Of a stretch of 64,000 bases of DNA, positions 44,460-59,572 are shown one piece after another; position 1 is the stretch's first letter, and the number at the start of each line of letters is the position of its first letter. The position numbers and the translations under genes were made by a program. Origin of the DNA: Nitrosopumilaceae archaeon. Its GTDB lineage: Archaea; Thermoproteota; Nitrososphaeria; Nitrososphaerales; Nitrosopumilaceae. The notes below the pieces were generated by a model, which made no database searches, was not told where the DNA came from, and saw only the letters and a list, made by a program, of their open reading frames with translations. The stretch spans positions 576,001 to 640,000 of the forward strand of contig OZ242365.1 of assembly GCA_965208905.1 (NCBI GenBank), given 5' to 3'.

Positions 44460-44760
44460 TCAGGCCGCCATACAGTCCGCTCTCCTGTTTTCTACCCATT
44501 GCAGCTGCGGCAATGTCGTTTCGGACATTACCGCGTTCTGTATCAGCGTGGTCATCCTGTCGGGGTCGGATATAAGCATCCCCGCCTTCTCGGTTTGCGT
44601 GATCTCGCCGAGTCATGTGGGGCAGAGGTAGTTGTAGTACATTCAAGTGACCATTATGCAGGCCTCTGTCAGGCGACCCGCCGACCATGAAACAATCCAC
44701 GCAGGGTAGAGTTAAGCCGCTCGTGCCAGTTGTGCGTCAGTCTCTTCACGTGTACCATTC
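44460..44760 (-). pseudogene. IS6-family transposase C-terminal remnant
   Basis: HNWHERLNSTLR, then YYNYL..LGEITQTEKAG...TLIQNA, across a frameshift and stops. Confidence 0.6.
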
Positions 44761-45359
44761 TACCCGTTATCTCCTGGCCGCGCCTCAGCCTCGCGAGTGT
44801 GGCCAAGTCCCCGACTGCCCGCTCTCATCGGCGGACCACCGTTGAGACATTGCGGTACGAGGGTACATCACAGCCCGAGACATCAGTTCTGTACGCAGCA
44901 TCCACTTCGGATTGGCCATAGCAAAAAGATCATATACGACCTTAAATAGCCACTTTACAAACTTGAAATGGTGTGAATACCTTCTCATTTTAGCTGACTG
45001 AAGAAGCATTGCAACATCAGTATTTAACCAAGAAATCGCGAAACGGCACGGCAAACCCCGCAAAGGAGGGGCGATGCAGGCATGGTTGCCGATTACTCTG
45101 AGGGCGCAGACACCGCTGGGCTCAAGCCCATGTCACACCAGGCTGGCCACTACGCGTTCATGCAAAAGTACCATCTGCACTATATGTTTTGATTCTCGAC
45201 AAGAATCTTATGTTCAGGACTCTTCGCCAATGTATCAATTAGAGGTACCTTGAAAAGAAAACTCTTGACAATTGTATTTTAACTATAAGTCGTGTGAGTT
45301 TGGCTAAAAATAGAGGTTGCGCAAAATTGGTAGAAATGTGTATAATTAGTGACTAAAAT

Positions 45360-46604
45360 TGGGGCGGACCCTGCTAGAGTAGTACCGCAGGCGTTCGTAT
45401 ACCTTAAGGGCTGTGGAGGGGCAGAACAGGCATGACAAAGACCAAGTTCACTCCCGAGCAAAAGATCCAGATTGTATTGGAATCAATCAAGACCAACATC
45501 AGTATGGCAGAGCTATGCCGCAAACACAACGTGCACCCTCCGACGTTCCAGACATGGAGACGGTAATTCTTGGATGCAGGCAAGGCCAGGTTGGCACACC
45601 ACGGCAATGCGGATCCTACAGAAGCTTCTAAAAAAGAGATCGACAACCTTAAGCGGATTATAGGAGAACTGACAATCGCCAACGATGTTTTAAAAAAACC
45701 TTGGAGGAAAGCAGAGATTTAGCGCGGTCAAGTAGATGCAACAGCAGATGAGCCTAGCCAAGTCGCTAAAGTACGCAGGCGTATCAAAATGTGCTTGGTA
45801 CTACAAGCCTACGACACGCGAGGTCCGACTTGACCAAGGTATAGTAGATGCCGTGTCCAGTATAAGCGCCAAGAGGCCCACATATGGAACGCGCCGGATG
45901 GCGGCCCAGATATCTAGGGAGATGGGCGTTCCAGTAAATCGCAAGTAAATACAGAGAATATACCGAAAAAAACTGGCTACATCGACCCGCAAAAGGCGAA
46001 GAACGACATCATCCGTACGAAACGTAGGCTCTTCAAACTTGATACTCCGAACCAATTATGGAAGCTTGACATCACGTACATCTGGTGCGGCATGGATGGG
46101 TGGGGCTACAGCTTTAACGTGGTCGCTTGTTTCACCCGCAAGTGGATATCGTATGCTTTTGACACCAACACCACCCGACATGTGGCCATAGATTCAATCA
46201 CAAACACAGTCGCTGCGGAAAAGCCCGACTGCTCACGGCTGAGGATACGCACGGACAACGGCAATCAGTACGCAAGCCATGACTTCAGAAAGGTGGTACA
46301 GATTCTTGGCATCAGCAAGCACGAATTCATCTGGGAGAACACGCCAGAACAGAACGAGCACGTCGAGTCGTTCCACAAGACACTCAAAAAGGAGTACATA
46401 TAGTCCCGAGAGTTTGGATCCTATCAAGATGCCGAGATTGCACTTGCAGACACTTTTGCGGATTACAACAACCAACGAATACACTCTGCCATCGGATACA
46501 TGACACCAACCGAGTTTGCCATGCAATGGGAGCTGAGAAATAAATGAGGCTCACCATATGAAAAATTATGGCAAAAACGGTCCTATTTTCTGGGGTCCAC
46601 TCCA
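45360..46604 (+). mobile_element. IS3-family element, decayed
   Basis: TG...CA ends with imperfect IRs and an AAAT duplication; orfA MTKTKFTPEQK with an internal stop; orfB WKLDITY, RTDNG, VESFHKTLKKE with stops. Confidence 0.9.
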
Positions 46605-46751
46605 AAATTAATCATATTTTGATTTACTAGTGTAGAATGTATTAGGCATTAATTAATAAGGATGCACGCAAAAAATAATTTCTATTTTTTTGTTAACGTA
46701 TAGAAATAGAAATTGCTTTATTGATCATATATAATTACCCACTACACATGA

Positions 46752-50711
<3,960 letters not shown>

Positions 50712-50858
50712 CTCAATTATGCTGTATAAAGGATCTAATTAAGCGATACAGTTACAAAGCATGTTGAATTACATAGTTAGAACAAAATATGCCACCCTTC
50801 AGATCTGGAAGTTTTACTGTTATAGTTTTGAGTAGTGTCAGAATCATTCACCCTCATG

Positions 50859-51354
50859 GGTTCCTCCCGCAAAGTCGGGTGATTACACCCCCGCCATGCG
50901 GGATAGCCTGTCAGCCCAGTTGCTCCAGCAACCCTGTATGAGTGGTGTGGGATCGAGGATTACGTCCACACCACGACGGACTTCGCCCAGACTGGCCGAA
51001 ACCTGACGACCATATCGGGATACGGCACTTGTTCGCCGTATATTCTCCACTGCATTGACGTCGCGATCTACGCCAACCGTATGGCAGCGGGTGCAGTCTT
51101 TTTTATGATAAGTTCCAGTTAGTGGGGTTCTACATACAGCGCATAGCTTGGATGTGTTGTGTGGACGCATATGTAATGCCTCCACTCCCAAAAACCGGGA
51201 CTTTTCATAAATTAAATCCGATGCCTTTCGCATCATGGCAGAATGTAACCTGCGACGCATACTGCGTCCAAACTTCCCATTCTTCTGCCAATTGTATGAT
51301 ATGTGGGTTAAATCCTCCAACATAACCAAGCACCCGGACTGTGCGGGAGGAACT
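50859..51354 (-). mobile_element. 496-bp TIR element with an 8-bp TSD carrying the 3' half of a second tnpB
   Basis: CCCTCATG at 50851-50858 and 51355-51362; TIRs GGTTCCTCCCGCAAAGTCGGGTG and rc AGTTCCTCCCGCACAGTCCGGGTG; LEDL, TSKLCAVC, CTRC, DRDVNAVENI. Confidence 0.88.
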
Positions 51355-51574
51355 CCCTCATGTAACACATATTTGATAGGGTATAGCCCATATAGCAACA
51401 CAGCAGTGCTTTCGCATATGCGGAACAGACAACATAATCTCGTTTAACAGTGTATACAAACTTGGATTTGTCTGCAAGATCCCAACAATATGGTTCATTT
51501 TTAGATGTGTTTACATCAACGCATAAAACCCGCCATACGGTATGTTTAAAGGATTCATTAAATTCAAAGACTTT

Positions 51575-51649
51575 GGGTTCATAGTCCAGCTCGGTTATGA
51601 CGTCGCCCTTACACGGCGAAGATCCGGGGTTCAAATCCCCGTGAACCCA
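51575..51649 (+). tRNA. tRNA-Val(TAC)
   Basis: TCGCC CT TAC AC GGCGA anticodon arm; GGTTCAAATCC T arm. Confidence 0.95.
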
Positions 51650-52078
51650 CTCTTATGAGGTTCTTCCCACAAAGTGTCTACACTTTATGAGATAATCTGC
51701 CGGCCCTCCAGATAGGAGTGAGATCGTATGACATTGCGACAGACTTTTACCAAACTAGCCGAAACCTTGCAGTCTGCGCAAAATCTTAGCCACTTTACCC
51801 TTCCTTGCATCTTTGATTGACTTTGTATGATCATGTTGTCAATACTGATCCATTTGATTCTTTACTGCGTCTCTGTTTTTCTGCTTTTTTGAGTTTGTTG
51901 TGTCTGCATCTGAGTTTGCTGAATAGTTTGTGACCGCCATTTTCAATCTTCTGTTCCCCACTATGCGCCTCCTCTTTCTTGTGTGTAACCTCCTTTTAGT
52001 ACAGAATTCATCATTAAACTTGTGAAGAGGAACCTCGCATCGTAAAACCATTATTATTTGAGATGTATCAGTATAGTT

Positions 52079-53056
52079 ATGTCTGCATTAGTTGCCAAAA
52101 AATATTTGACAGTCTCGGCATTTATGCTCTTCTCACTGATATTGTTAGGAGTAGTATTTGTGGTCACCTATGATACTGCAGTTAGTGCAAACTCTGAAGT
52201 TACATATCCCTCATGGCTTGTACTATCATATATAGCAGGACTATCCATGATTGCACTCCCGTGTACACTCCCGCTTGTCTTCATAGTAGTACCACTCAGT
52301 GTTGGTAAGGGAGCTCGTCAGGGTCTTGTAATAGCACTGCTATTTGGTGTAGGGCTAACTTGTACCATAACATTTTATGGATTAGGTATAGGGGTTTTGG
52401 GTGGAGCTACTGGCCTAGATGACATATCTACATACATGTTCTTAGTAGCAGGGATAGCTGCATTTGTCTTTGGTCTGTCACAGACCCATCTTATCAATTT
52501 ACATATACCATCGTACTCTGGTAGTCCCAAATTTATACAGAAGCGTGGTAACTATGCCAAAGCATTATTCATGGGATTATTGTTGGGAAATGCCGGTGTC
52601 GGGTGTCCCAACCCTCTCTTCTACTGGCTTTTGATATATGTGGCCAGTACAGGTAGTGCCGAGATAGGATCTAGTTTAGGTTTGGTACATGGTTTAGGCC
52701 GAGCAATACCACTAATACTTCTCTCAGTACTGGCCATCATAGGAATAAATGCCACCAAAACAATAACCACAAATCGACTAAAGATAGAGAGCGTCAGTGG
52801 TTGGATGCTTATAGTTATAGGATCATTTCTAATAATAAATGGCCTGCCTGGTGGCCACCAATGGTATGAAGACACCATAATACACATAATGTGGAATAAT
52901 TTAGTATCTGTAATGGGAATACCACCAGAGTTTCAAATGGAGAGACATACGCATGATTCACCTGTAATCATCCCCCCCAGCTTGATCCCCGGAATTCTTG
53001 CAATAATGATATTGAGTCCTGTTGGTTGGTACTACATGAAGAGGGCTAGATCTTGA
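52079..53056 (+). CDS. CcdA/DsbD-like transmembrane thiol-disulfide protein
   Basis: LPCTLP and GCPNP cysteine motifs in TM segments. Confidence 0.8.
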   Translation: MSALVAKKYLTVSAFMLFSLILLGVVFVVTYDTAVSANSEVTYPSWLVLSYIAGLSMIALPCTLPLVFIVVPLSVGKGARQGLVIALLFGVGLTCTITFYGLGIGVLGGATGLDDISTYMFLVAGIAAFVFGLSQTHLINLHIPSYSGSPKFIQKRGNYAKALFMGLLLGNAGVGCPNPLFYWLLIYVASTGSAEIGSSLGLVHGLGRAIPLILLSVLAIIGINATKTITTNRLKIESVSGWMLIVIGSFLIINGLPGGHQWYEDTIIHIMWNNLVSVMGIPPEFQMERHTHDSPVIIPPSLIPGILAIMILSPVGWYYMKRARS

Positions 53057-53196
53057 AGGATCCTGTATGTGGTATGGAGATAGGTTCTGGTGGCGATGTA
53101 TTAGTACATAAAGGTACAGAGTATAGATTCTGTTGCGCCACGTGTAGGTGGGCATTTGAACAAAATCCAGATCAATATACCAAACAAGATGATTGA
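53053..53196 (+). CDS. YHS/TRASH metal-binding protein (absent from the ORF track)
   Basis: KDPVCGM...YRFCCATC...FEQNPDQY; TTG start overlaps the upstream stop. Confidence 0.85.
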   Translation: MKDPVCGMEIGSGGDVLVHKGTEYRFCCATCRWAFEQNPDQYTKQDD

Positions 53197-53670
53197 TGTA
53201 GATACCATCAATATTCATTTGAGTAGCATCCTGTCAGGCATCAAAGTGCCTTTTTAGTTAGATTTTGAATAATGCCGGTTACAAGTATTCTACAAGAATG
53301 TACAAAAAAGTCTTCAAGGGTCTATAACATATAGATCAGTAAATAAAAAGTAGTGAAACAATTATGAAGGCCGTATTGGGACACAAAGACTTGTAATTAT
53401 ATCCAGTTACACTACACACGACATTTACTAAGACGCTCAGCATAATCATACATGATATTGTAGCTACATGAACGTTCTATTTTATAGAAAGATTACAAGT
53501 TATTTCTGATTAATTCTGGTAATTTTTGTCTACAAGTATATCACTGATAACCAAGTGTGTTAATTCTAACTAATGTTGTACAGGGTTTGGAGTGTTTGAG
53601 GGTGTCCGATAGACTAGGAACCTAGTATTAGTGGATTAAGTATAAAAATCACCTCTTTTCATGTATAGTC

Positions 53671-54552
53671 ATGTCGTTAATGTATGATCCGCCGCTATAC
53701 AGACCACCATCTGAGGCACGCTCGCTGATATTTCAAGTTACATTGGGTTGTTCATTTAACGAATGTTCATTTTGTGATATGTATCGCTCTAAAGAGTATT
53801 CAGAGAGGCCCTGGGATCAAGTTAAGGCAGAGATAGACCTCATGGCCAGGCATATGCCGAACACCAAACGAATATTTTTAGCTGATGGTGATGCGCTTAA
53901 TCTTGACACAGATTATATTGTAAAGATAGTGACATATCTGAAAAACAAATTTTCTAAAATAGAGAGAATAGCGTGTTATGCCATGCCTATGAATATTCTA
54001 AAGAAAAAACCTGAAGAGTTATTGAGAATGCGTAAGGCCGGATTAAGTATGTTGTACTTAGGAATAGAGAGTGGTTCAGATATTGTGTTGCGAAAAGTTA
54101 CCAAGGGGGCTTTGGGTAGCACCATAATTAAGGCAGTCAATAAAGCTAAAACCGCGGAGTATACTATGTCATGTATGATAATATTAGGACTTGGCGGTAA
54201 AAAGTACTCAAAAGAACACATCAGCCAGACAGTCAAGGTTATTAATGCATGCTCGCCAAATTACGTGGGAGCACTAACACTATATCTGGAGAATGGTATC
54301 AAGGACGAATTTATCAACAAATATTCAGGAGAATTTGAGCGTCTAAATGATGATGAAGCTCTGCAGGAACTAAAAGAGTTGGTATCTGGCATAGAGACAA
54401 AAACCGATATTATATTCAGGGCCAACCATGGCTCCAATGCGTATACCGTTAAGGGTACGTTTCCCCATGACAAAAAAGAGATGCTAAAACAGATTGACTG
54501 GATGGGTAAGCATCCGGAGACAGTTAGACATCCTGGCCTGCGAGGTTTTTAG
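53671..54552 (+). CDS. radical SAM protein
   Basis: YRPPSEA and CSFNECSFC cysteine motif. Confidence 0.9.
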   Translation: MSLMYDPPLYRPPSEARSLIFQVTLGCSFNECSFCDMYRSKEYSERPWDQVKAEIDLMARHMPNTKRIFLADGDALNLDTDYIVKIVTYLKNKFSKIERIACYAMPMNILKKKPEELLRMRKAGLSMLYLGIESGSDIVLRKVTKGALGSTIIKAVNKAKTAEYTMSCMIILGLGGKKYSKEHISQTVKVINACSPNYVGALTLYLENGIKDEFINKYSGEFERLNDDEALQELKELVSGIETKTDIIFRANHGSNAYTVKGTFPHDKKEMLKQIDWMGKHPETVRHPGLRGF

Positions 54553-54821
54553 CTGCAAGAATTGATACTGCTGTAAATGCAGTTAACATGCATCTTTTTG
54601 TATATTCTTCTAAAAATCTCTGATAACCATCCGCCGTTTATCTCATACTGAATAGTTTTGATTATTTACTAAATGTTATAATTTATGTTACACATATAAA
54701 AATAAATAATTTTTATAATTATTAGGTGAATGTTAATTTTATTTTTCGTTGAGAATAAGATGGTTTAAAGATGCGGAGTCAGGATGTACATTTTTATAAT
54801 ACAGGTTCAACCAAAGAGCGT

Positions 54822-56909
54822 ATGGCCGAATCGGTCTTTCTAACACCAAAGTCCATAGCTGTAGTCGGCGCATCAGATAAGATCGGCAGTGTTGGAAGCA
54901 CAATTACTAAAAATATTATGTCAGGTTTCAAGGGAAGCATATTTCCAATCAGTCCGTCACGAACTACTGTATTTGACAAACCCGCATTCAAATCGGTACT
55001 TGATGTACCTGACCAAATAGATCTGGCCGTTATTATTGTAAAAAATGTGCTGGTTCCACATGTTTTAGAAGAATGTGGTAAAAAAGACATCAAAGGTGCC
55101 ATTGTAATTACAGCTGGTTTCAAGGAAGTTGACGAGGAGGGAGCTAAATTAGAGAGACGATTAAAGGAGATCTCTAGCCAATACGGGATGGAGTTGGTGG
55201 GTCCCAACTGTTTAGGAGTAATGAATTTAGATCCTAACACCATGATGAACTCTACATTTCTCAAGATAACACCAAAGACTGGCACGATTGCTTTGGTTTC
55301 ACAAAGCGGAGCCATCTGCGCAGCTCTGTGTGAGGACGCCAGTGCGCAGGGAATAGGATTCTCGGCAGTGGTAAGCCTAGGTAATAAAGCAGCTACCAGT
55401 GAGATCGAGGTACTCAAAACACTGGCAAACCATGACCAGACTCGTGTTATTGTGATGTATCTCGAGGACATTGGGGACGGGCAGGAGTTTCTAAAGACAT
55501 GTAAAAATGTCACAAAGGATTACAAAAAACCCATACTTGTACTAAAATCAGGTCGCAGCCCAGAAGGTGCCAAGGCGGCAATGTCTCATACTGGTGCCCT
55601 TATGGGTTCTGATGAACTGTACGATGCTCTACTCACACAGGCGGGAGTCATTCGGGTTGACACCATGGACGAGTTATTTGATTATGCTACGGCATTCTCT
55701 AAGCAGCCCCTACCCGAAGAGGGCCTCGCAATAGTGTCCAATGCCGGAGGGCCAGCAATAATATCCACAGATGCATGTTCAAAATTCAAGATAAGCATGG
55801 CAGATATTTCATCCATACGGGCACAGATTGATGATGTAATACCACCCTGGGGCAGTTCGCGCAATCCTGTAGATATAGTTGGAGATGCGGATTACAATCG
55901 TTTTCGAAATGTGTTAGAACGTGTTTTGAATCACAAAAATGTTGGATCCGTAATTGTAATGTGCACACCATCTGGTACCCTCAATTATGATGAGTTGGCA
56001 CGAGTTGTTGTAGATATGTCAAAAAAATACAAAAAAACCATTCTTGCAAGCCTAATGGGGTTAGATGAGGGTATTACCAATCGACAAATATTAGCGGAGG
56101 GGGGCGTGCCATATTACACATATGCCGAAGGAGCCGTTAGGGCCCTTAGAGCAATGCTGCGATTCTCTGAATGGACTCGAAAAGACCCTGGTAATGTAAC
56201 TAAGTTTGATGTGTCCAAAGATATAGCCAAAAAGATACTAGATGAGGCATCATCTGAAGGTCGTGCTAGTTTATTGGAAGAAGAGGGTCAACGAATATTA
56301 GATGCATATGGCCTGCCGCTGCCGCAGAGTGGATTGGCACAAACCCCAGAGGAGGCTGTCAAGTTGGCTGAAAAAATTGGATATCCTGTTGTAATGAAGA
56401 TAGCCTCGCCACAAATAATCCATAAATCCGATGCCGGGGGTGTACGAGTAAATTTAGTTGCTGAAAATAGTGTAAAGACTGCCTTTGTTGAGATAGTCAA
56501 TAATGCTAAAAAATATGATGCCAATGCCCAGATTAAGGGTTGCCTTGTGGTCGAGATGGTAAAAGGAGGTAAAGAGATCATAATAGGCTGTAAACAAGAG
56601 CCGGGTATGGGCCCTATGTTGATGCTAGGTATGGGAGGAATATACGTAGAGGTGTTAAAAGATGTTACATTTAGGTTAGCTCCAGTGACTATTCATGAAG
56701 CACGAGGAATGATAGACTCTATAAAAACTAAAAAATTACTGGAGGGTACTCGAGGGGAACAACCCTCAGACTTAGAGGCGCTCACCGAATGCATACAACG
56801 TGTCTCACAGTTGGTGACAGACAACCCGCAGATAAAAGAATTGGATATGAATCCGGTCTTAGTTATGGAGAGTGGTTGTAAAATATTAGATGTTCGGGTT
56901 GGATTGTAA
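54822..56909 (+). CDS. ADP-forming acyl-CoA synthetase, probably 4-hydroxybutyrate-CoA ligase of the HP/HB cycle
   Basis: GPNCLG, SQSGA, SHTGAL and an ATP-grasp C-terminus; closely resembles Nitrosopumilus Nmar_0206 as recalled from memory. Confidence 0.85.
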   Translation: MAESVFLTPKSIAVVGASDKIGSVGSTITKNIMSGFKGSIFPISPSRTTVFDKPAFKSVLDVPDQIDLAVIIVKNVLVPHVLEECGKKDIKGAIVITAGFKEVDEEGAKLERRLKEISSQYGMELVGPNCLGVMNLDPNTMMNSTFLKITPKTGTIALVSQSGAICAALCEDASAQGIGFSAVVSLGNKAATSEIEVLKTLANHDQTRVIVMYLEDIGDGQEFLKTCKNVTKDYKKPILVLKSGRSPEGAKAAMSHTGALMGSDELYDALLTQAGVIRVDTMDELFDYATAFSKQPLPEEGLAIVSNAGGPAIISTDACSKFKISMADISSIRAQIDDVIPPWGSSRNPVDIVGDADYNRFRNVLERVLNHKNVGSVIVMCTPSGTLNYDELARVVVDMSKKYKKTILASLMGLDEGITNRQILAEGGVPYYTYAEGAVRALRAMLRFSEWTRKDPGNVTKFDVSKDIAKKILDEASSEGRASLLEEEGQRILDAYGLPLPQSGLAQTPEEAVKLAEKIGYPVVMKIASPQIIHKSDAGGVRVNLVAENSVKTAFVEIVNNAKKYDANAQIKGCLVVEMVKGGKEIIIGCKQEPGMGPMLMLGMGGIYVEVLKDVTFRLAPVTIHEARGMIDSIKTKKLLEGTRGEQPSDLEALTECIQRVSQLVTDNPQIKELDMNPVLVMESGCKILDVRVGL

Positions 56910-57211
56910 TAATTAAAAATAATTAAAAATTTGAAAAAATATTTCTAGAGGCGTGTGATGGTCATGCCATTGATTGAACAGTACATTTGAAAAATTATAG
57001 AGTTAACGTGCATTATTGTTATGTCTACGGAAATGACATATCCATAATTTTGTGACAGGCTTGACTACAGATGTTTTGTATCTAATAGATACATCATGTG
57101 GAATAAGTTGCGGTGTAATAAGATATGTTAGGTGGGGTCTTACGTATAAGAGTGTAATTTGTCTTGCGCAGATGCGGTCATGCTTTTATGTAATTGATAT
57201 AATCAATGATA

Positions 57212-57721
57212 TTATAGCGATTGTTTTCTTTTAGACATTATCTGTTTAGCAATAATGAATCCTACAATTCCAGCTATTATGATATAGTTTATTGGTGGTT
57301 GGATAAGTTTGGGTAAAAATCCTATTTCTGGGATTACATAAATGACCTTGCCCAAATACTCATCTTCAGTGATAGGAGAGTCAGTTCCTGGGATTGACGC
57401 AGGGTTGGCATCCCCCTTGGCACGTAGTGTGTATGGATCGTCATTTAAGACAGAAACAATGCGATGTACTATGACCCGGTTATGATCCGAGGGACGATTG
57501 AACACTATAATATCGCCAACGGTCACATCTTCAAATTTTTCATGCTTTGATATAACAAGTAGATCATGTACTTCTAAAACTGGAACCATACTACCACTGG
57601 CCACAACATAAAATGGATTGTTTGTTCCAAATATAATCATCAAACTTATCCAAATTGCTAAAATGACTCCACCTGCAATAGCAGCATCCTTAACTAACTT
57701 GCGGGTAAATATGCTTGCCAA
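57212..57721 (-). CDS. signal peptidase I (Sec11 type)
   Basis: VASGSMVP, IVHRI, KGDAN. Confidence 0.92.
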   Translation of the reverse strand: MASIFTRKLVKDAAIAGGVILAIWISLMIIFGTNNPFYVVASGSMVPVLEVHDLLVISKHEKFEDVTVGDIIVFNRPSDHNRVIVHRIVSVLNDDPYTLRAKGDANPASIPGTDSPITEDEYLGKVIYVIPEIGFLPKLIQPPINYIIIAGIVGFIIAKQIMSKRKQSL

Positions 57722-57751
57722 TATTATAAAAACAGGTTATGCCCAATTAAA

Positions 57752-58699
57752 TTACTTTGCTAAATCTGTTCCACAGGACTCACAAAACTTGGCATCATCG
57801 GAGTTAGAAGTGTTGCATTCTGGACATGTGCCGGGTTCTAATGGTTCAGATGTAGGTTCTAGTTCAGATGTGGTTTTTAGTGTTGGTTCTGCTGTAGAAT
57901 TGTTCAAAATTACAATCTCGCCAACTCTACGCACTTGACTCCAAGGTATTATCTGCCTTGTACCGTCATCTGACTCTACCAGTAATACCAATGACAGGCT
58001 ACCACTCACGCCTACGTCAGCGATAGTGCCTACCTTACAAGCAGAGTCATCATAGACCACCAATCCTTGAATCGGTGATATGCTGATGGGTTCTGGTTCA
58101 AGTGTGGGCTCTGGTGCTGGTTCTGGTTCAAGTGTGGGCTCTGGTGCTGGTTCTGGTTCAAGTGTGGGCTCTGGTGCTGGTTCTGGTTCAAGTGTGGGCT
58201 CTGGTGCTGGTTCTGGTTCAAGTGTGGGCTCTGGTGCTGGTTCTGGTTCAAGTGTGGGCTCTGGTGCTGGTTCTGGTTCAAGTGTGGGCTCTGGTGCTGG
58301 TTCTGGTTCAAGTGTGGGCTCTGGTGCTGGTTCTGGTTCAGTCTTTAAACCTCTAGCCATACCAGCTTCAGCGTTCGGATCAGGTTTTTTAAATTCTCTG
58401 TACTCCGCCAGTGCAGAGTTGCAAATGTGACAGAGATATTGACCCTTTTCAACAAGTATTAGATTATCTGCGACCTGTTCATTGGGGTTCTCATAAACTA
58501 TCTTTGGTGGCTGGATATGTTCTGTATCGCATCGGTTACAATAGTACTTTGTAATTTTCTCAGAATCTAGTCGTCCCATGGGCGCCAAGAACAACTCTGG
58601 ACCACCCAAGTTACCTCGGGATTGTTGCTCGTCAGTCACATTGGCCATGATAAAACCGCCTGAGCCTCTTAACTTTTTAAGACGAAACTCATTCGACAT
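57752..58699 (-). CDS. zinc-ribbon / PRC-barrel protein with a Pro-Glu linker
   Basis: CNRC, CHIC, PRC-like [10 protein letters not shown]-terminal CPEC...FCESCG. Confidence 0.8.
   Translation of the reverse strand: MSNEFRLKKLRGSGGFIMANVTDEQQSRGNLGGPELFLAPMGRLDSEKITKYYCNRCDTEHIQPPKIVYENPNEQVADNLILVEKGQYLCHICNSALAEYREFKKPDPNAEAGMARGLKTEPEPAPEPTLEPEPAPEPTLEPEPAPEPTLEPEPAPEPTLEPEPAPEPTLEPEPAPEPTLEPEPAPEPTLEPEPAPEPTLEPEPISISPIQGLVVYDDSACKVGTIADVGVSGSLSLVLLVESDDGTRQIIPWSQVRRVGEIVILNNSTAEPTLKTTSELEPTSEPLEPGTCPECNTSNSDDAKFCESCGTDLAK
58089..58339 (-). repeat. 8 x 30-bp tandem repeat ([10 protein letters not shown])
   Basis: GGTTCTGGTTCAAGTGTGGGCTCTGGTGCT repeated. Confidence 0.95.
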
Positions 58700-59572
58700 A
58701 TACTACGCAAAAGATTACAGAATTTAAGGTTTAGGTTTACTGCTTTGTGATCAAAGCTAAATGATTTCTGTCTAGAGCCCACTATCTGCATCAGTTGAAA
58801 CAAACGAGGATAATTGATGCAAGATGTCTACATTACGACCACTCATCTCTGGAAATGATGGATTTACTAAATTTGTATGCTAACGTTTGGGAATTATATA
58901 CAAAAGTTCACCGAACCACCGCATATAGCTGTTGGTGAGGTGTTCGCCATTCAGTATGGTATGCAGTGATGTTGCTGCGGGCGCCAATCTGGCACTAGTA
59001 ACCAGAGTAGTGTGGTTGCTGAGGTATGTTCTGTCTCGTAAGACCAGTCCAGCTTTCTACGACTTGTCGTATAGTTTCGTGGCGCGTTGCGCGCGTCGAA
59101 CCCACTGTACTATACTATAGCATTTGCTGTGGAATATGTGATATTTTTACATGTGCAACATACAAACCTAAGTTCTCTCTGGGGGCTAATACTGCCACAT
59201 AGACAACAGTGCCAGGGGCATGATAGGATACAAGCAAGAATCGATAAGGTTAATGAAGAGACAACCCAATTGAGATACAATATTGCTGCAGACAGGGAGC
59301 TACTACGTTCCTGTTTGTAAATCAATATTTATTTTAATATTATTTAGATTATTCTGTATTAATTCTATATTGTAGTCATGTTATCTAATGTTTATGCGTG
59401 TTGCAACTGCTTCATCGAATATCTGTTGTAAATCTTCTCTGAACTCTTCACGCTTATCCTCGGCTTGATGGAGTTCCGTATGACTAGTCTCAGGGTGCTC
59501 TAACGAGATGGCAGGTTATGAAACATGTTTTGGGTAGCGAAAAGCAATTAATAAAGTAATATCACAGTATTA

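Noticed and set aside
44166-44700. 174-aa and 156-aa ORFs
   Set aside because: They overlap tRNA-Ala and the IS6 remnant.
51355-51401. N-terminus of the 172-aa ORF 50883-51401
   Set aside because: It lies outside the TIR/TSD boundary, so it is chance read-in to the tnpB fragment rather than a real gene start.
58740-59540. Short ORFs in a long intergenic gap
   Set aside because: No recognisable protein or RNA; probably decayed DNA.
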